Source of the DNA: Escherichia coli
GTDB lineage: Bacteria; Pseudomonadota; Gammaproteobacteria; Enterobacterales; Enterobacteriaceae
Assembly: GCF_045037415.1 (NCBI RefSeq)
Contig: NZ_CP173438.1
Direction: 5' to 3' (one strand)
Length of the DNA: 64,000 nucleotides
Shown: positions 50,673 through 64,000 of the stretch, piece after piece
How the letters are laid out: each line of letters opens with the position of its first letter
Position numbering within the stretch: the stretch's first letter is position 1
Made by a program: the position numbers and the translations under genes
The notes under the pieces: model-generated
Database searches by the model: none
The model's input: the letters and a program-made list of their open reading frames with translations, nothing else
What the model was told of the DNA's origin: nothing

Positions 50673-51282
50673 TTTTACCTCTTTTTTTACATCCCATATT
50701 AACGGGGGTGCTTTCTCGCGTTATGTCTAAAAAACATACGCGCAATTGTTATAGTGGGAGGGGAAACGGCAGGTAATGTTCACTATCTTGCACTTTCAGA
50801 CAAGTCCTTTGTAATAATCTGTTACATATAACTGAGGCGGGGAATTCAACCATTCCGGGAAATGTTATCCAGCGTTAAATTTTTCAAAAAACGTAACGGC
50901 AGATTTTTTCACTACCCTGAGAGGGTGATGATGGCTTAACGGCGATATGTTCTACTATTTAGCGTTTTTCCTAGTGAGATAGTCCAGTTTCTGAAAAATA
51001 GCCAGTGTAATGTTTTGTAGGTCAATATTTGTTGTGTGTGTAAATTTAAATGATTTTAACCTGATTCTTGCAATGTTTTTACATTGCCACAGCATCGTGA
51101 TCTTGATCACGAATGAATAGAAAATTTCGCTATTAAAAAAACAATTAACCTGCATTTTTGGTTATCTGCAAACGGATTACCTGATGATAACGCTAAGCAA
51201 TGGCATCATTGACGTTAAAAAGATGTTTTAAAAGAGGATAAAGAAAGGTTATGAATGGGGTAATCGGTGTTACCCCTGATCT

Positions 51283-51918
51283 TTAGATGTCAACTTTCTC
51301 TTTGTATTCACAAAGATCTTCAATAATACAAGAGCCACAGCGAGGCTTGCGGGCAATGCAGGTATAACGCCCGTGCAGGATCAACCAATGGTGGCAGTCG
51401 ACTTTAAACTCTGCCGGAACCACTTTCAGTAGCTTTTCTTCTACCTGTTCGACGTTTTTCCCCGGCGCAAATTGAGTACGATTGCAAACGCGGAAAATGT
51501 GCGTGTCGACAGCAATAGTCGGCCAGCCGTATGCAGTGTTTAATACGACGTTGGCTGTTTTACGACCTACACCAGGCAGGGCTTCAAGCGCAGCACGATC
51601 TTCCGGAACCTCGCCATTATGTTGTTCCAGTAATATACGGCAGGTTTTGATGATATTTTCTGCTTTGCTGTTATAAAGGCCAATCGTTTTGATATAGGTT
51701 TTCACCCCTTCAACGCCCAGTTCAAGCATCGCTGCAGGCGTATTAGCCACCGGGTAGAGTTTCGCCGTCGCCTTATTAACACTGACATCGGTCGCCTGAG
51801 CGGAAAGCAGTACGGCAATCAGCAATTCAAAAGGCGAACTGAAATTAAGCTCGGTGGTGGGATGAGGATTGTTCTCACGCAGGCGAGTGAGGATCTCCAG
51901 GCGTTTTGCTTTGTTCAT
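51283..51918 (-). CDS. nth: endonuclease III (DNA glycosylase/AP lyase, 4Fe-4S)
   Basis: 211 aa with HhH motif and C-x6-C-x2-C-x5-C cluster. Confidence 0.97.
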   Translation of the reverse strand: MNKAKRLEILTRLRENNPHPTTELNFSSPFELLIAVLLSAQATDVSVNKATAKLYPVANTPAAMLELGVEGVKTYIKTIGLYNSKAENIIKTCRILLEQHNGEVPEDRAALEALPGVGRKTANVVLNTAYGWPTIAVDTHIFRVCNRTQFAPGKNVEQVEEKLLKVVPAEFKVDCHHWLILHGRYTCIARKPRCGSCIIEDLCEYKEKVDI

Positions 51919-52613
51919 CAGACATTCCCTGTTTCACCGTTTGGCAATGCACGTTCGGCAGCTGCTTCAGTACGGCGCTTTTTCATTTTTTCATCAATCA
52001 GGTATTTTCCTGCCAGCATCAGTCCCAGGCCAATAAATGCACCTGGTGGCAGCATCGCCAGCAGGAAAGGGGAGTCGGTGTGGAAAATCTCCACGCGTAA
52101 TACTTTTGCCCAGCTACCTAACAGCGCATCTGCACCGTCAAACAACGTGCCATTGCCGATAATTTCGCGTAGTGAACCCAGCACGAACATGGCGCAGGTT
52201 GCGCCCATACCAATTGAAAAGCCGTCCAGTGCCGAAAGCGCCGGACCTTTTTTGGCGGCGAAGGCTTCAGCGCGGCCCACAACGATACAGTTAGTGACAA
52301 TCAGCGGAATAAAAATCCCTAATGATTGATACAGGCCAAAGGCGTAGGCGTTGATCAGCATCTGTACAGCGCTGACCACCGAGGCGATGATCATCACGTA
52401 AATGGGAATGCGGATCTCGGCGGGCGTCCAGTGACGCAGCGTCGAAATGGTCAGGTTGGTTAGCGTCAGTACCAGCGTAGTCGCAAGTCCTAAACCCAGA
52501 GCGTTAGTGGCAGTGGACGTGACCGCCAACAGAGGACAAAGGCCGAGCAGCTGGACCAGCGCAGAGTTGTTTTTCCACAACCCCTGAACAATAACGTCTT
52601 TAATTTCGCTCAC
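51918..52613 (-). CDS. rsxE: Rsx (Rnf-type) electron transport complex subunit E
   Basis: 231 aa membrane protein; 1-nt overlap with nth. Confidence 0.95.
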   Translation of the reverse strand: MSEIKDVIVQGLWKNNSALVQLLGLCPLLAVTSTATNALGLGLATTLVLTLTNLTISTLRHWTPAEIRIPIYVMIIASVVSAVQMLINAYAFGLYQSLGIFIPLIVTNCIVVGRAEAFAAKKGPALSALDGFSIGMGATCAMFVLGSLREIIGNGTLFDGADALLGSWAKVLRVEIFHTDSPFLLAMLPPGAFIGLGLMLAGKYLIDEKMKKRRTEAAAERALPNGETGNV

Positions 52614-52616
52614 GTT

Positions 52617-53237
52617 TTATTCTCCACAGGCAGGAAGTTGAGAAAGTTGTGCCGGTAACGTCTGAGCGTACAATCCGGCGCGTTTTACCGCATTAACCAC
52701 CGCGCGGGGAGTAATCGTCGCGCCAGTGAACTGGTCGAAATCACCACCATCTTTCTTCACCGCCCAGTTCGCATCATCCGCACCACTGATTTTTTTACCC
52801 GCAAAATGGGTGATCCAGTCAGAAAGGCGCAGTTCGATTTTATCGCCAAGCCCTGGCGTTTCGTGGTGCTCAGTCACGCGCGTGCCAAGTACCGTGCCGT
52901 TAAAATCGGCTCCCACCAGCAGCTGAATCGCACCGGAATAGCCATCTGGCGCGGTTGCTTCCAGAACGGCAGCTACCGGTTTGTCATCCTGTTTGGCGAT
53001 GTAAACCCGATGCTCACCTTTACCTAACTCTGGCGCAGTTACCAGATAGCAACTCTGTGCCAGCGCATTGTTATAGCGTTCAGCTGGCAGCACCTGATCA
53101 AATAACGCCTTTTGTTGCAGACTGGCCTGCTCAGCAATTGTCGTTTTGGTCATCTGGTTGATGGCCGCAGTTAACCCTGTTGAACCCGCTGCAAAGAGCG
53201 CCAACGTAATGCCGTGTTTTCGGATAGTTTTCAGCAT
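52617..53237 (-). CDS. rsxG: Rsx complex subunit G (FMN-binding)
   Basis: 206 aa. Confidence 0.95.
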   Translation of the reverse strand: MLKTIRKHGITLALFAAGSTGLTAAINQMTKTTIAEQASLQQKALFDQVLPAERYNNALAQSCYLVTAPELGKGEHRVYIAKQDDKPVAAVLEATAPDGYSGAIQLLVGADFNGTVLGTRVTEHHETPGLGDKIELRLSDWITHFAGKKISGADDANWAVKKDGGDFDQFTGATITPRAVVNAVKRAGLYAQTLPAQLSQLPACGE

Positions 53238-53240
53238 GGT

Positions 53241-54299
53241 TTACCCTTTGCGATGGCCGTAGACGCGCGGACGCGTGTAGTAATCGATCAGAGGAACCGT
53301 GATGTTCGCCAGCAGGACGGCAAAAGCCACGCCGTCAGGATAGCCGCCGAAACTGCGGATCAACCAGACTAATAAGCCCGCCAGCGCGCCGAAAATAAGA
53401 CGACCACGATTGGTCGTAGAAGCGGTAACCGGGTCAGTCAAAATAAAGAATGCGCCGAGCATGGTCGCACCAGACAGCAGATGAATTTGCGGTGCTGCCA
53501 GAGTATCTGGTGAGAACAACCAACCCAACGTTGCGCATAACGCCAGCGTTACTAAGAAGCTGAGGGGAATATGCCAGCGAATCGCTTTCTGCCATAGCAA
53601 CCACACGCCGCCAGTCAGCCAGGCGAGATTTACCCATTGCCAACCAGCGCCCGCCAGAATACCGCTGTAGATCGGATATTGCATAATCTCTTCAACCGAA
53701 TGACCGGCACGGACAGAGGTTTTAAATGTATCCAGCGGTGTCGCCTGACTAATGCCATCAATACCTAAGCGTAGCGTGTTCATATCACCACCACTGGTGG
53801 TATGTCCGCTGAAAATAACCTGTATGGCGTCGATAAAACCAGGGATGTTGACCGCAATTTCATGTGGCGGTAACCAGCTGGTCATCTGCACCGGGAAGGA
53901 GATCAGTAAGACCACATAACCAATCATTGCCGGATTAAACGGGTTTTGCCCCAGACCGCCATACAACTGTTTAGCGATGATCACCGCAAACACCGTACCC
54001 AGCACGACCATCCACCATGGCGCGAGGGGGGGAATACTTACCGCCAGCAATAAGCCTGTCAGCAATGCTGAGTTATCTTTCAACGTTGCAGCTACCGACT
54101 GCTTGCGTAGTTTGAGGACGAGAGCTTCGGCCAGAAGAGCACTGACCGACGCCAACAGGATCTGAACGAGAGTACCCCAACCAAAAAACCACAGTTGCGC
54201 TGCGATTCCTGGCACGGCTGCGAGCAATACCAACATCATAATGCGCGATGTCTGGCGCTGGTTATGGGTATAAGGGGAGCTAGCTATTCTGAATACCAT
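53241..54299 (-). CDS. rsxD: Rsx complex subunit D
   Basis: 352 aa polytopic membrane protein. Confidence 0.95.
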   Translation of the reverse strand: MVFRIASSPYTHNQRQTSRIMMLVLLAAVPGIAAQLWFFGWGTLVQILLASVSALLAEALVLKLRKQSVAATLKDNSALLTGLLLAVSIPPLAPWWMVVLGTVFAVIIAKQLYGGLGQNPFNPAMIGYVVLLISFPVQMTSWLPPHEIAVNIPGFIDAIQVIFSGHTTSGGDMNTLRLGIDGISQATPLDTFKTSVRAGHSVEEIMQYPIYSGILAGAGWQWVNLAWLTGGVWLLWQKAIRWHIPLSFLVTLALCATLGWLFSPDTLAAPQIHLLSGATMLGAFFILTDPVTASTTNRGRLIFGALAGLLVWLIRSFGGYPDGVAFAVLLANITVPLIDYYTRPRVYGHRKG

Positions 54300-57290
<2,991 letters not shown>

Positions 57291-57291
<1 letters not shown>

Positions 57292-57872
57292 TACAACTTC
57301 ACCAAACCACTAAAGCCCATAAAGGCCAGAGACATAAGACCTGCGGTAATTAACGCAATGGCATTACCGCGAAAAGGTGCCGGGACATCAGCCACAGCAA
57401 GGCGTTCGCGGATGGCGGCGAAGAGCACCATCACCAGCGAGAAACCGACAGCGGCGGAAAAACCGTACAGCGCTGACTGCAAGAAATTGTGCCCGAGATT
57501 GATATTCAGCAACGCCACGCCGAGCACGGCACAGTTGGTGGTGATAAGCGGCAAAAAAATCCCCAGCAGACGGTAAAGTACCGGGCTGGTTTTGCGCACC
57601 ACCATTTCGGTGAACTGCACAACCACAGCAATCACCAGAATAAACGCCAGGGTGCGCAGATAAATCAGATTAAGTGGGATCAAAATCCACGTATCGATAA
57701 GCCAGGCGCAAATAGACGCCAGCGTCATTACAAACGTTGTTGCCAGCCCCATGCCCATCGCGGTTTCCAGCTTTTTGGAAACCCCCATAAACGGACAGAG
57801 ACCGAGAAACTTGACCAGTACAAAGTTATTGACCAGTACAGTTCCGACAAACAGTAACAGGTAGTCAGTCAT
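57291..57872 (-). CDS. rsxA: Rsx complex subunit A
   Basis: 193 aa membrane protein; first gene of rsxABCDGE-nth. Confidence 0.95.
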
Positions 57873-57948
57873 TTTTCGGCCTGAAATAAAAAAGCCGCCT
57901 ATTATCCGTTAATCCAGAGCAGGCGACAACAGGTTAACTGTAAGGTTA

Positions 57949-58389
57949 TTACGGATTCACAAACGTCGCTTTCACCCGCGACGAGCGTTTGAAATAGGGG
58001 ACGATCAATGCGGTTGCCAACAAAGTAAACAGCAACTGGCGAACGGCTATGCCATCTTCTACGGGTGAAAAAGCGAACGCTTTTACTGCCAGCAATACGG
58101 AAATAAGCAGCCAGATAATATAGTGTTTAGGAACACAACGCCGACGTTTAAAGAAAGCGATGGTCAACCACAGTGTGTAATACCACATGGCGATAGCGGT
58201 AATAAAAGAAACGCCCCATAAGATTTGTGTCGTCAGTGCTTGTCCGCCGAGCGTTTGAAATGTTTGCGGAGAAGATAACGCAGCGGTATACAGCAACAAC
58301 GCCAGCGTCGTACTCAACAGAGCGACTAAAAGCCAGGCCAACGGGCCAAGCAACCAGCCTCCAATACGTTGTGGCGTTGTGGTGGTCAT
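57949..58389 (-). CDS. ydgK: inner-membrane protein YdgK
   Basis: 146 aa from ATG at 58389 (MTTTTPQRIGGWLLGPLAW...). Confidence 0.88.
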   Translation of the reverse strand: MTTTTPQRIGGWLLGPLAWLLVALLSTTLALLLYTAALSSPQTFQTLGGQALTTQILWGVSFITAIAMWYYTLWLTIAFFKRRRCVPKHYIIWLLISVLLAVKAFAFSPVEDGIAVRQLLFTLLATALIVPYFKRSSRVKATFVNP

Positions 58390-58474
58390 AGGTTCTCCAG
58401 AATAGCGACGCAAACAGACAAATCTAATTTTAGGGGCGTTATTATAAGGCTTTTATAACCGATCGCTACTTTCT

Positions 58475-58690
58475 TTACTGGACATAGTGCCAGACGGACT
58501 TCGGTACCTGGCCGAGGTCAAACAAACGCCCGCCAGAAACCAGCTCTGCGCGACGGTGATCGGCAGCACGATACATATTGATCAGTTCCTGATCGTCCGT
58601 CAGGGTGTAATTAAGATGGTCGTAGAGTTTTTCCAGACTTTCGAGTGAACTGATTTTGCGAAATTTTAATAAGTAGTCCTGAACAGTCAT
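58475..58690 (-). CDS. cnu: Hha-family nucleoid-associated protein Cnu (YdgT)
   Basis: 71 aa [71 protein letters not shown]; this is the 3' part of ORF 58475..58873. Confidence 0.9.
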
Positions 58691-58961
58691 AAAAGGTCCA
58701 TAAATAATTAATACCAAAGGGGTAGGTATTATTAGTGATGATAAAATTTCACCAAAAGTGAACGCTTGTGTTATTACAATAATAAGAATGCGCTGATGGC
58801 AAATATTCAGGGATGAAAAACTGCTCTGAAAAGAGTAACGCGCTTTACTATCCCTGACAATCATCAACAACATCGAACAAGATAATAAATTCCTGGTTTA
58901 ATATCCGACAAGTGAAAACATGCACCCGGACGGGCAGCATGTCGCTCAACAAGTGCAGAGC

Positions 58962-59087
58962 TTACTTGTGTTGTACCGTAGTACTCTGTTCAGGTGGCTG
59001 ATAGTTGTCAATGTGACTCGCCACGCCAAGAAGAATGACTGAAACGACAAGAACGATCCAACCTGTTAATTCAATAAGACGATTCAT
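58962..59087 (-). CDS. blr: small membrane protein Blr (41 aa; beta-lactam resistance / divisome-associated)
   Basis: MNRLIELTGWIVLVVSVILLGVASHIDNYQPPEQSTTVQHK from the internal ATG of ORF 58962..59162. Confidence 0.8.
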   Translation of the reverse strand: MNRLIELTGWIVLVVSVILLGVASHIDNYQPPEQSTTVQHK

Positions 59088-59329
59088 TACAGCCCACATC
59101 TCTGTTGATTGATCCATTAACTTCAGGGGGTAAATGTTACTTAGCAATAATAGCTCCAGCAAGATTTTTACTGAGGTTTTTGCGATATTTAGCTTTTGTC
59201 GTTGGAAAAATCGCTATTTTTTTGACTTAAGTTAAACAACATCCCTTATTGCTGGCAGGTTATTAAACTGTTGAGCGAGGGTAAAGGATAGTGTCAAATA
59301 GCCATCATACTTCAATGAGAGGCAATGAC

Positions 59330-60370
59330 ATGAGCGACAACATCCGTGTTGGGGTGATTGGGTATGGTTATGCGAGCAAAACCTTCCATGCGCCCCTGAT
59401 TGCGGGCACGCCCGGGCTGGAACTGGCGGTAATCTCCAGCAGCGATGAAACAAAAGTAAAAGCCGACTGGCCAACGGTTACGGTTGTCTCTGAGCCGAAG
59501 CATCTGTTTAACGATCCCAACATAGACCTGATTGTCATTCCTACACCCAACGATACCCATTTTCCGTTAGCTAAAGCGGCGCTTGAGGCGGGTAAACATG
59601 TGGTCGTTGATAAACCCTTTACCGTGACACTGTCACAAGCACGAGAGCTGGATGCGCTGGCAAAAACCCTGGGGCGTGTGTTGTCTGTATTCCATAACCG
59701 TCGCTGGGATAGCGATTTTCTGACCCTAAAAGGTTTGCTCGCGGAAGGCGTGCTGGGGGAAGTTGCTTACTTTGAGTCTCATTTTGACCGCTTCCGTCCG
59801 CAGGTACGCGATCGTTGGCGTGAACAGGGCGGCCCAGGCAGCGGTATCTGGTACGATTTAGCACCGCACCTTCTTGATCAGGCCATTACGCTATTTGGTT
59901 TACCGGTTAGCATGACGGTAGATTTGGCACAGTTACGGCCCGGAGCGCAGTCGACCGATTATTTCCACGCTATCTTGTCCTATCCGCAGCGGCGAGTGAT
60001 TTTACACGGCACCATGCTGGCAGCCGCTGAGTCAGCACGGTATATCGTGCATGGATCCCGAGGCAGTTATGTGAAATATGGCCTCGATCCACAGGAAGAA
60101 CGTCTGAAAAATGGCGAGCGTCTGCCGCAGGAAGACTGGGGCTACGATATGCGTGATGGCGTACTTACCCGCGTGGAAGGTGAGGAACGTGTCGAAGAAA
60201 CGCTGTTGACAGTGCCGGGGAATTATCCGGCTTACTATGCGGCTATTCGTGATGCGTTAAATGGCGATGGTGAAAATCCGGTTCCGGCAAGTCAGGCAAT
60301 CCAGGTAATGGAGTTGATTGAGCTGGGCATCGAATCCGCCAAACATCGCGCGACTTTGTGCCTTGCGTGA
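59330..60370 (+). CDS. ydgJ: Gfo/Idh/MocA-family oxidoreductase YdgJ
   Basis: 346 aa from ATG at 59330 (MSDNIRVGVIGYGYASKTFHAP...). Confidence 0.93.
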   Translation: MSDNIRVGVIGYGYASKTFHAPLIAGTPGLELAVISSSDETKVKADWPTVTVVSEPKHLFNDPNIDLIVIPTPNDTHFPLAKAALEAGKHVVVDKPFTVTLSQARELDALAKTLGRVLSVFHNRRWDSDFLTLKGLLAEGVLGEVAYFESHFDRFRPQVRDRWREQGGPGSGIWYDLAPHLLDQAITLFGLPVSMTVDLAQLRPGAQSTDYFHAILSYPQRRVILHGTMLAAAESARYIVHGSRGSYVKYGLDPQEERLKNGERLPQEDWGYDMRDGVLTRVEGEERVEETLLTVPGNYPAYYAAIRDALNGDGENPVPASQAIQVMELIELGIESAKHRATLCLA

Positions 60371-60405
60371 AAAGGGGATGGTGCAATTAGCACCATCCAT
60401 TTTTG

Positions 60406-61407
60406 TTACTTCGCGGCGACTTTTTCTCGCAGTGCGCGTTTTTCCTCTGCGCTGAGGAAAGCCATTTCCAGACCATTAATCTGTGCCTGGCGGATTTGCT
60501 CGCGGGATAACCCAGCAGCTGGCGCGGCAACGGTATATTCGTGAATGATATCCACTCCCTGCACGCCGGGATCGTCAGTGTTAATGCTGGCACGAATGCC
60601 ATGCTCAAGGAACGTTTTCAGCGGATGTGCAGCCAGATCCGCCACGGTGCTGGTCTGAATATTGGAGGTCAGACAGGATTCAATACCAATTTGTTGCTCG
60701 GCGAGAAAATCCATCAGCGCCCGATCTTCAATGGCTTTTACGCCATGTCCAATACGCTCCGCCCCCAGTTCACGAATCGCCTGCCAGATGCTTTCCGGTC
60801 CGGCAGCTTCGCCTGCATGGACGGTAATATGCCAGCCCGCATCACGCGCGCGGTTGAAATGAGAAAGGAACAGACTTCCCGGGAAACCAAGTTCATCACC
60901 GGCTAAATCAAGTGCGGTAATCTGGTCACGGTGGGCTAAAAAGGCCTCCAGCTCTTGCTGACAGGCGGCTTCGCCGAAGGTCCGGCTCATAATACCGATA
61001 AGCTTCGCCTGCACACCAAAGGTGCGGCAACCTTCACGTACGCCATCGATCACCGCTTCGACAACACCCGCTACAGGCAGCTGATGTGCCATTGCCATGT
61101 AGCCTGGTGAAAAACGCAGTTCGACATAGTGCAGGCCGTTACGGGCTGCATCTTCAATGTTTTCAAATGCCACGCGGCGGCAGGCATCAAGAGAGGCGAG
61201 AACTTTAACGCCCCAGTCAAGTTTAGTCAGAAAGCTCACCAGATCGGGTTCGTTGGCAATGACCTGAACGTGGGGAGTCAGTGTTTCCAGGGATTGTGCA
61301 GGAAGCGAGATATTATACTGGCGGCCAAGTTCAAGAATGGTCTGGGGACGAATGTTGCCATCAAGGTGGCGATGGATATCAGTTAATGGCAGGGTGGTAT
61401 CAATCAT
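60406..61407 (-). CDS. add: adenosine deaminase
   Basis: 333 aa [23 protein letters not shown]... Confidence 0.97.
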   Translation of the reverse strand: MIDTTLPLTDIHRHLDGNIRPQTILELGRQYNISLPAQSLETLTPHVQVIANEPDLVSFLTKLDWGVKVLASLDACRRVAFENIEDAARNGLHYVELRFSPGYMAMAHQLPVAGVVEAVIDGVREGCRTFGVQAKLIGIMSRTFGEAACQQELEAFLAHRDQITALDLAGDELGFPGSLFLSHFNRARDAGWHITVHAGEAAGPESIWQAIRELGAERIGHGVKAIEDRALMDFLAEQQIGIESCLTSNIQTSTVADLAAHPLKTFLEHGIRASINTDDPGVQGVDIIHEYTVAAPAAGLSREQIRQAQINGLEMAFLSAEEKRALREKVAAK

Positions 61408-61510
61408 GGTCGCACTCTTTTTCTGGATATAAAAGTGCGCACCATTATAAAAACAAAGCAGGGTAAAAATCCACGATTGCGCAACGATTTTTTACGTTGC
61501 GCAATTGGGG

Positions 61511-62683
61511 TTAACCAACAGCGCGGATGGCGTTAATTAATCCAGCCACACCTTTTTCCAGTTTCGAACGTGGGCAGCCGGCATTGAGTCGGACAAAACC
61601 ACGACCTTCTTCACCGTAGGTATATCCCGGCATGATCGCGATCTTTTCTTGCTCGATAAGCGCTTTTTGCAACGCGTTGTCGTCAATATTCAACGGACGT
61701 AGATCAAGCCAGGCCAGATAAGTGGATTGCGGGATCTGCCAGTTGAGTTCAGGAAACGCAGCGTTCATTTTATCTGCGATATACGTCAGGTTATCTTTCA
61801 GATAGACGCGTAAGGCATCCAGCCATGGCGCGCCTTGCTGATAGGCGGCGATATGAGCAGTTAACGCCAGTACCGAAGGGGAAGAAAGCCCATCACGTCC
61901 TTTCAGTGCCGATAAATAGGCATCGCGGCTACTGCTATTTTCTATAATCCCGTAAGCACCGGTCAGGGCGGGAATATTGAAACTTTTTGATCCCGACGTT
62001 AGCAACGCCCAGTCTCCGCGCGCCACATTACTCCAGGGAATATGCGGCTGCTCGCCCCAAACCATATCCATATGGATTTCATCGGAAATAACCCGCACAC
62101 CATGACGCTCGCACAGGTCAGCCATGATCTCCAGCTCATCGCACGTCCACACTTTCCCGGTAGGATTCTGTGGGCTACACAGGAGCATAATTTTACATTC
62201 TGGTTTCGCCAGCACGGCTTCCAGCTTGCCCATATCGCAAAACCAGCCGTCAGCCTGCTTCTCTAAAGCAACGGGCATTACTGTGCGCTGGTTACCTTCA
62301 ATGGCCTTGTAAAATGCGTCATAGGCGGGTGTGTGGATCACCACGCCTTCACCTGTTTCAGACCACTGACGAATCAGTTCTGAAACCATATAGATAACAG
62401 AAGGGCCATACACCACCGACTGAGGATCGATGGCGGTGTAATGCTGGGTGGAAAACCAGTGGGCAATAGCCGCGAGAAACTCATCGTTTTTCCAGCGGCT
62501 GTAGCCAAACACGCCGTGTATCAGGCGCTGATTCAGCGCCTCGATAATGCAGGGGGCAGTGGCAAAATCCATGTCTGAAATCGTGAACGGTAACAGGTCA
62601 GCAGTGCCGAAACGGTCAGCGACATAATCCCACTGCGTACACCATGTGCCATGACGATCCACGACCTTTGAAAAATCGAACAT
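61511..62683 (-). CDS. malY: MalY: PLP-dependent cystathionine beta-lyase and antagonist of MalT
   Basis: 390 aa class-I/II aminotransferase fold. Confidence 0.96.
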   Translation of the reverse strand: MFDFSKVVDRHGTWCTQWDYVADRFGTADLLPFTISDMDFATAPCIIEALNQRLIHGVFGYSRWKNDEFLAAIAHWFSTQHYTAIDPQSVVYGPSVIYMVSELIRQWSETGEGVVIHTPAYDAFYKAIEGNQRTVMPVALEKQADGWFCDMGKLEAVLAKPECKIMLLCSPQNPTGKVWTCDELEIMADLCERHGVRVISDEIHMDMVWGEQPHIPWSNVARGDWALLTSGSKSFNIPALTGAYGIIENSSSRDAYLSALKGRDGLSSPSVLALTAHIAAYQQGAPWLDALRVYLKDNLTYIADKMNAAFPELNWQIPQSTYLAWLDLRPLNIDDNALQKALIEQEKIAIMPGYTYGEEGRGFVRLNAGCPRSKLEKGVAGLINAIRAVG

Positions 62684-62692
62684 ATCTTATCC

Positions 62693-64000
62693 TTATGCCT
62701 GGACAGTACGCATCAGACCGACCATTTCATCTTTTACTGACTGAACTTGTGGCCCGATAACAACCTGCAGGTTATGTTGATTAAGTTGTACTACGCCAAT
62801 TGCCCGATTGTCCTTCAGTGCCTGCACATTAACAAGCGACATATCTTTTACAGACAAACGCAGACGCGTAATGCAGTTATCGAGACTGACAATATTGTCG
62901 GCACCGCCTAAGGCTTCGAGGATTGCCGGAACGTTGTAACCTGATTTACCCGGCGCACCGGCAACGGCTTTTTCGATTGAACTGGCAACTTCACTATCGC
63001 GCCCCGGGGTTTTGAGATTGAAGCGGGTGATAGCGAAACGGAAGATGATGTAGTAAACGACAAACCAGATTGCCGCCACTACTGGCACCATGTACCACTT
63101 GGTTGACAGACCATGCAAAATACCGAACACCACAAAGTCGATGATATTGCCGTCGGTATTACCGATGGTGACGCCGAGCACAGACATGACAGTGAAGCCG
63201 AGGCCGGTTAACAGCGCGTGGATGACATACAGAACTGGCGCTACGAACAGGAACAGGAATTCCAGAGGTTCGGTCGTGCCGCCAACGACACAGGCGATCA
63301 GGCCAGAAATCAGCAGACCTTTAATTTTATGGCGATTTTCCGGGCGCGCACAGTGATACATAGCTAACGCTGCACCTGGCAGACCGCCGAGAAACGCAGG
63401 CATTTTACCTTGCGAAAGGAAACGCGTGGCGCTTTCAGAAAAACCGTGAGTGGTCGGGCAACTCAATTGCGCCTGGAAGATGGTCAGTGCACCGCTGACG
63501 GTTTGACCGCAGACTTCCTGCGTGCCGCCTGCGTCGGTAAAGCGAATTAATGCCACCAGAATGTGATGCAGACCAAACGGCAACAGCAGACGTTCACCGG
63601 TACCAAACAGCATCGGTCCGAAATCACCCGCGCTGTTGATCATATGGCCTAAGCCGCTAATACCCATGGCGAAAATCGGCCAGACTAATGGAATCACCAG
63701 GCCGACAAGACCCATCACCAGCGAGGAGATGATTGGTACGAAGCGCGTACCGCCGAAGAATGCCAGCGCATCCGGCAGGCGGATATTATGGAATCGCTCA
63801 TGCAGCATCCAGACGATAATACCGGCGATCACCGCACCGAGGATCCCGGTGTCGATCGACTGGATCCCAAGAATGCTCTGGATGTTATTGGCTTTCAGAA
63901 CGGCGGCGTCCATGGTTGGCAGAATGCCTTTATTGGTCAACCAGAAGTTTACCGCGAGGTTCATTACCGCATAACCGACGAAGCCAGCGAATGCCGCTAC
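62693..64000 (-). CDS. malX: PTS EIICB component MalX, C-terminal ~435 codons; 5' end lies beyond the window
   Basis: Open frame runs to the window edge; EIIC membrane domain followed by C-terminal EIIB (..NCITRLRL..); upstream of malY on the same strand. Confidence 0.93.
   Translation of the reverse strand, partial: VAAFAGFVGYAVMNLAVNFWLTNKGILPTMDAAVLKANNIQSILGIQSIDTGILGAVIAGIIVWMLHERFHNIRLPDALAFFGGTRFVPIISSLVMGLVGLVIPLVWPIFAMGISGLGHMINSAGDFGPMLFGTGERLLLPFGLHHILVALIRFTDAGGTQEVCGQTVSGALTIFQAQLSCPTTHGFSESATRFLSQGKMPAFLGGLPGAALAMYHCARPENRHKIKGLLISGLIACVVGGTTEPLEFLFLFVAPVLYVIHALLTGLGFTVMSVLGVTIGNTDGNIIDFVVFGILHGLSTKWYMVPVVAAIWFVVYYIIFRFAITRFNLKTPGRDSEVASSIEKAVAGAPGKSGYNVPAILEALGGADNIVSLDNCITRLRLSVKDMSLVNVQALKDNRAIGVVQLNQHNLQVVIGPQVQSVKDEMVGLMRTVQA

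Overview
This window is a contiguous stretch of Escherichia coli core chromosome, syntenic gene-for-gene with the K-12 ydiJ to malX interval (about 36.5-38 min) in reverse-complement orientation. I found no novel or foreign system: every ORF over about 60 codons that is not an antisense or alternative-frame artefact maps to a known E. coli gene. There are no integrases, transposases, IS elements, CRISPR arrays or phage genes, and the tandem tRNA-Val pair has no island beside it. Gene order is ydiJ (partial), menI, ydiH, sufABCDSE, ldtE, lpp, pykF, fumD, ydhYVWXUT, ydhS, ydhR, valV/valW, ydhQ, mdtK, ribC, cfa, punC/punR, purR, ynhF, ydhP, sodB, mepH, grxD, rnt, gloA, nemA/nemR, ydhL, ydhF, sodC, ydhKJI, slyA, slyB, anmK, mliC, pdxH, tyrS, pdxY, gstA, dtpA, nth, rsxEGDCBA, ydgK, cnu, blr, ydgJ, add, malY, malX (partial). 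Three departures from the K-12 pattern are directly visible: (1) the roughly 4.6 kb lhr helicase gene between rnt and grxD is reduced to a 229-bp remnant; (2) cfa carries a single-base insertion that splits it into two overlapping ORFs; (3) rsxC carries an expanded C-terminal tandem repeat (806 versus 740 codons). The remaining findings are known but poorly characterised loci (ydhYVWXUT, ydhS/ydhR, ydhQ, ydhIJK) and recognisable regulatory sites. All identifications are from recall of E. coli protein sequences and by-eye reading; no database search was run.
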